Below, piece after piece: positions 59,842 to 64,000 of a DNA stretch of 64,000 nt; the first letter of the stretch is position 1; each line of letters starts with the position of its first letter. The notes below the pieces were generated by a model that saw only the letters and a list, made by a program, of their open reading frames with translations, did not search any database and was not told the DNA's origin. The translations under genes and the position numbers were made by a program. Origin of the DNA: Eledone cirrhosa (Eukaryota); assembly GCA_964016885.1 (NCBI GenBank), contig OZ024741.1, positions 292,268,001 through 292,332,000 of the forward strand, read 5' to 3'.

Positions 59842-60576
59842 CTTTTTCTCTCTCTCTCACTAACATTATCTACATGCTGATTTTCTCTCCCTTTTTATCT
59901 ATCTCTGTCTATAATTCTGCTGTCTCCATGAATCGATCTCTCTCTCTCTCTCTCATCCCTTACCTTTCTCTAGAAAGTGGAAGAATGGCAACAATTGTAT
60001 GGCAAAGTTATGAAATTTTTCCATAGACATACGGAAGTATAAACAATTCAATTTGAAAACATTCTTGCTTTATAGCTCCAAATAATATTTCAGAAACCAA
60101 CCATGCCAACACGGAAAATGGATGTAAAGGGATGGCAATGATAATGATGATGACAACCCTTACTTAAGCGATGGATAACAACAACAACAAAAACCACAAC
60201 AACAGCAGCAATAACAACAACAATAACAATAATAATAATAAGATAAATATTTATACTAGTCATATATATGATTATGTGGGTGTTCGTTTTGTAGTTTCTG
60301 AATACACACTCACAAAAACTTACATTTATGTATATAGATTAAATGATATTCACCAGTGACTTATAATGTTTTCTACGACATTTTCTTTCTCTTGTCCAAT
60401 AGACGAATGTGAATATACATACATACATACATACATACATACATACATACATACATACATACATACATACACACACATACACCCACCTCTATATAGAATA
60501 TTACAGAAATAATATTAAAACACCATAATATAATGTATATATAAAATGTGTGTATATATACATATATACATATGTG

Positions 60577-60625
<49 letters not shown>

Positions 60626-60704
60626 GTATGTATTTATATATATGTATGTATATATATATATGTATGTATATATATATATGTATGTATATATATGTGTATA
60701 TATG

Positions 60705-60749
<45 letters not shown>

Positions 60750-60769
60750 ATATATGTATATATATGTAT

Positions 60770-60805
<36 letters not shown>

Positions 60806-60872
60806 GTATATATATGTATGTATATATATATATATATGTATGTATGTATATATATATATATGTATATATATG

Positions 60873-60904
<32 letters not shown>

Positions 60905-60922
60905 TATATGTGTGTATATATA

Positions 60923-60968
<46 letters not shown>

Positions 60969-60994
60969 TATATGATATGTGTATATATATATGC

Positions 60995-61086
<92 letters not shown>

Positions 61087-61366
61087 TTAAGTATTATCTA
61101 TACATATATACACACGTATATTGTATATAATCATATTATCAAGCAGCTGTTATATAACATACTATCCATGTTTAGAATGAGATTGAAGAGATACTCTGCT
61201 AAAATGATTATTTCATGTGGTAATATATCCTATGCTTATGACTTTAATGGGGAACTTTTGTCATTGTGAGTGGGCAAATGTATTCATACACACATACCTG
61301 AAGGTATATAAAGGGATAAGTAATGGGAGAGATATGTGTGTGTCAGTGTATGGACAAATATATTAA

Positions 61367-61397
<31 letters not shown>

Positions 61398-61399
61398 CA

Positions 61400-61730
61400 A
61401 TCAGCCTCCCATCTCATAGCTATCAGCCATATGCACTGATACGGACATGTCCTCCTTCCACTGCCAGATCATCCTTACAGGGCCTTACTCTCATTTGACG
61501 CAGCAGTTACAGGCTGGAAGAGGCCATGAGCAGGCCCTGCACCAACTGGCTGGATGTCCTCAAGGAAGATCTCCAAAGGCTCAACATCACCTTGGAGGAG
61601 GCAAAGATTTTGGCATGTGACCACCAGCAATGGAGGGCACTGGTAGAACTGGTTGGCTCTACATACAGTGATGCCTCTTGAATCACTTGCCTAGGATGTC
61701 CCCAGTCTCTTCAAACAAGAGCAAGAGCAC
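61400..61730 (+). mobile_element. 3' fragment of a third RTE-type LINE family
   Basis: YGHVL..PPDHPYRAL..GWKRP*..NWLDVLKEDLQRLNITLEEAK..DHQQWRALV. Confidence 0.7.
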
Positions 61731-61940
61731 ATATACTAATACAATATGATACAATCACCACCCAGAATTATCTGTCTATAGATACTTGACCAAAATATAA
61801 ATACTATAACAAAAGAAAAATTCATATTGGCCTGAAAGAACTGGCATATGAGATACATATTTTGGGTATCTCTGAGTAGCTATTGCTTACCACATTATAT
61901 TGTACAGTATGTTCTCTCTCTCTCTTTCTCCCTTCTCTCT

Positions 61941-62387
61941 TGTGGCCTAGTGGTTAGAGAATTGGATTCACAATTGTGAGGTTGTCAGTTCGATTCCTGG
62001 ACTGGGCGATGTTGTTATATCCTTGAGCAAGACACTTTATTTTGTGTTGCTCTTTCTGCTAGGTGTTTTGACTGGTAGATTGTGTCAACAATGGAAAGAG
62101 CAATGGAAACATTGATTTGATTTGACAAGTTGCACTCCAGTCAGTAAGCGAATGAGGCCTGGGATCTTGTTGATACCTTTCCTTATATATTTATTTCATT
62201 GAGATATCTCCTTATTCTTGTTAATAAGCATATAGTACACTCTGTAAAGTGGTTGGCATTATGAAGGGAATCCAGCTATGGAAAGCATACCAAAATATGG
62301 AACATATGAGCAGGACATAGTTCCTTGACTGTGCCAACCTCTTCAACAATTGCTTGTTTAGAAAGAAGGAACAAAATGATGATGAGG
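61941..62387 (+). mobile_element. SINE family B, full length but diverged
   Basis: TGGCCTAGTGG A box, GTTCGATTCC B box, cttgagcaagacactttatt core, RTE-like tail and (GAT)n. Confidence 0.75.
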
Positions 62388-62399
62388 GTGTTATTTATC

Positions 62400-64000
62400 C
62401 CTCCCCCATGAAGAATGCACCTCCCAACATAGACTGATAATTAGCGACCTCATAGTCAGGACGAGACGTACTCGACAACAGAAGAGGACTATCCTCAGGA
62501 GGAAAATATGGAAGCTAAAGGACCCCACAGCCAGGAATAAATTTCAAAGCATATTACTTGATGCTTTCGACAGTAAGGAAGAACATTTAGAGTCGGACAA
62601 TATAGAGGGAGAGTGGGAATTTCTGAAAGCAAACCTGCTGTTGGCGACAGACGAAGTCTGTGGCTGGAGCAGGCCTGTAGGCAGGAGGAGAGTAACATGG
62701 TGGTGGAACAGTAAGGTGGAGGGGTCAATTAAGGCCAAAAAGCAGGCTTGGAAAGTATGGCGGGATGGGGGAAGTAGAGAGGACTATCAAGTGGCCAGGA
62801 GGGAAGCTAGGAGACAAGTGTACTTAGCAAGAAGGGAAGCTGAGGAAAGAAAGTTCAAGCATGTTCTACAACGCGATGACCAAAAACGTGAGGTGTTCAG
62901 GATTGCTAGGCAATGCGTCAAGGAAAACCGTGATATTGTCGGGGAGAAGTGTGTACTAAACGACGATGGCACACTTGCCATCACCGACGCTGATAAGAAG
63001 GTAGCTTGGAAGTGTCACTATGAAAGGCTTCTAAATGAGGAGAATAATTGGGAGAAAGGCAGTCTCCCCCATATCGACCCAATAGAGGGACCAGCAGTGT
63101 TAGTCGAGGGGAGTATAATAAGTAAGGCAATCAAGGATATGAAGACTGGTAAGGCGGCTGGGCCTTCGGAAATAGTTGCTGAGATGCTGAAGGCATCTGG
63201 CACGGTGGGACACACCATGGTCACCCGCATAGTTAACCAAGTCGTACAGAATGGGGTTGTTCCGAAGGACTGGCATAGCAGCATCATCGTTAACTGTTAT
63301 AAGGGTAAAGGAGACGCCCTAGATAGGAGTAACTATAGAGGCATTAAATTAATCGACCAGGTCATGAAGGTCACGGAAAGAGTAATAGCGCAACTAATCA
63401 GAGAGAGAATTGACCTAGATGAAATGCAGTTCGGGTTTGTGTCAGGCAAAAGTACCACAGACGCTCTTTTCATAGTACGACAACTACAGGAGAAGTACCT
63501 AGCTAAAGGTAAACCCCTCTACTTAGCTTTTGTCGACTTGGAGAAAGCCTTCGACAGAGTCCCCCGCTCCATTATCTGGTGGGCTCTTAGAAAACTAGGC
63601 GTTGACGAATGGCTTGTGAGGGCTATACAAGCCATGTATAAAGAAACAGTCAGCAAGGTTAGAATTAACAACGAATATAGTGAAGAGTTTAGCGTAAAAG
63701 TTGGCGTCCATCAGGGCTCTGTTCTCAGTCCACTACTATTTATTATTGCCCTTCAGGCTATAACAGAGGAGTTCAAGACAGGCTGCCCATGGGAACTCCT
63801 ATACGCAGACGACCTGACACTCATAGCGGAATCAATGGCCGAGCTAGAGAAGAAATTCCAAACATGGAAGCACGGCCTAGAGTCAAAAGGACTTAAAATT
63901 AACCTGGCTAAGACCAAAGTGCTAGTTTGTAGCAAAGAAAACAAGGCGGCGGTCCCTTCTGGGAAATGGTCGTGCTCGGTGTGTAGGAAAGGCGTAGGTA
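62400..64000 (+). mobile_element. RTE LINE RT region (same family as 25141-28760), runs off right edge
   Basis: WWNSKV, MKTGKAAGPS, NYRGIKL, QFGF, FVDLEKAFDRVP, GVHQGSVLSPLLF, YADD. Confidence 0.95.

Overview
AT-rich eukaryotic non-coding DNA made almost entirely of transposon relics and simple repeats. The repeat set of RTE LINEs with (GAT)n tails, tRNA-headed SINEs and very long (TA)n tracts resembles octopus/coleoid cephalopod DNA, but that is an inference. No intact host gene is recognisable, only one or two candidate small exons. Identified elements: several RTE-clade LINE copies (one near full length, 25.1-28.7 kb); an internally deleted CRE-like element with a restriction-like endonuclease; two SINE families; a tandem pair of non-autonomous Helitrons; several minisatellites; and a 5.9-kb head-to-head Penelope-like element (RT plus C-terminal GIY-YIG). 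The Penelope-like ORF has an in-frame Asn-rich tract, an IFD-position insertion and a TGA at a zinc-finger Cys position. The most striking hidden layer is a dozen or so minimal type I hammerhead-ribozyme motifs from several unrelated short families. Most lie next to (TA)n tracts, often precede AATAAA and often sit in fold-back palindromes. Several have greatly expanded stem II or variant cores. All alignments and folds were done by eye.
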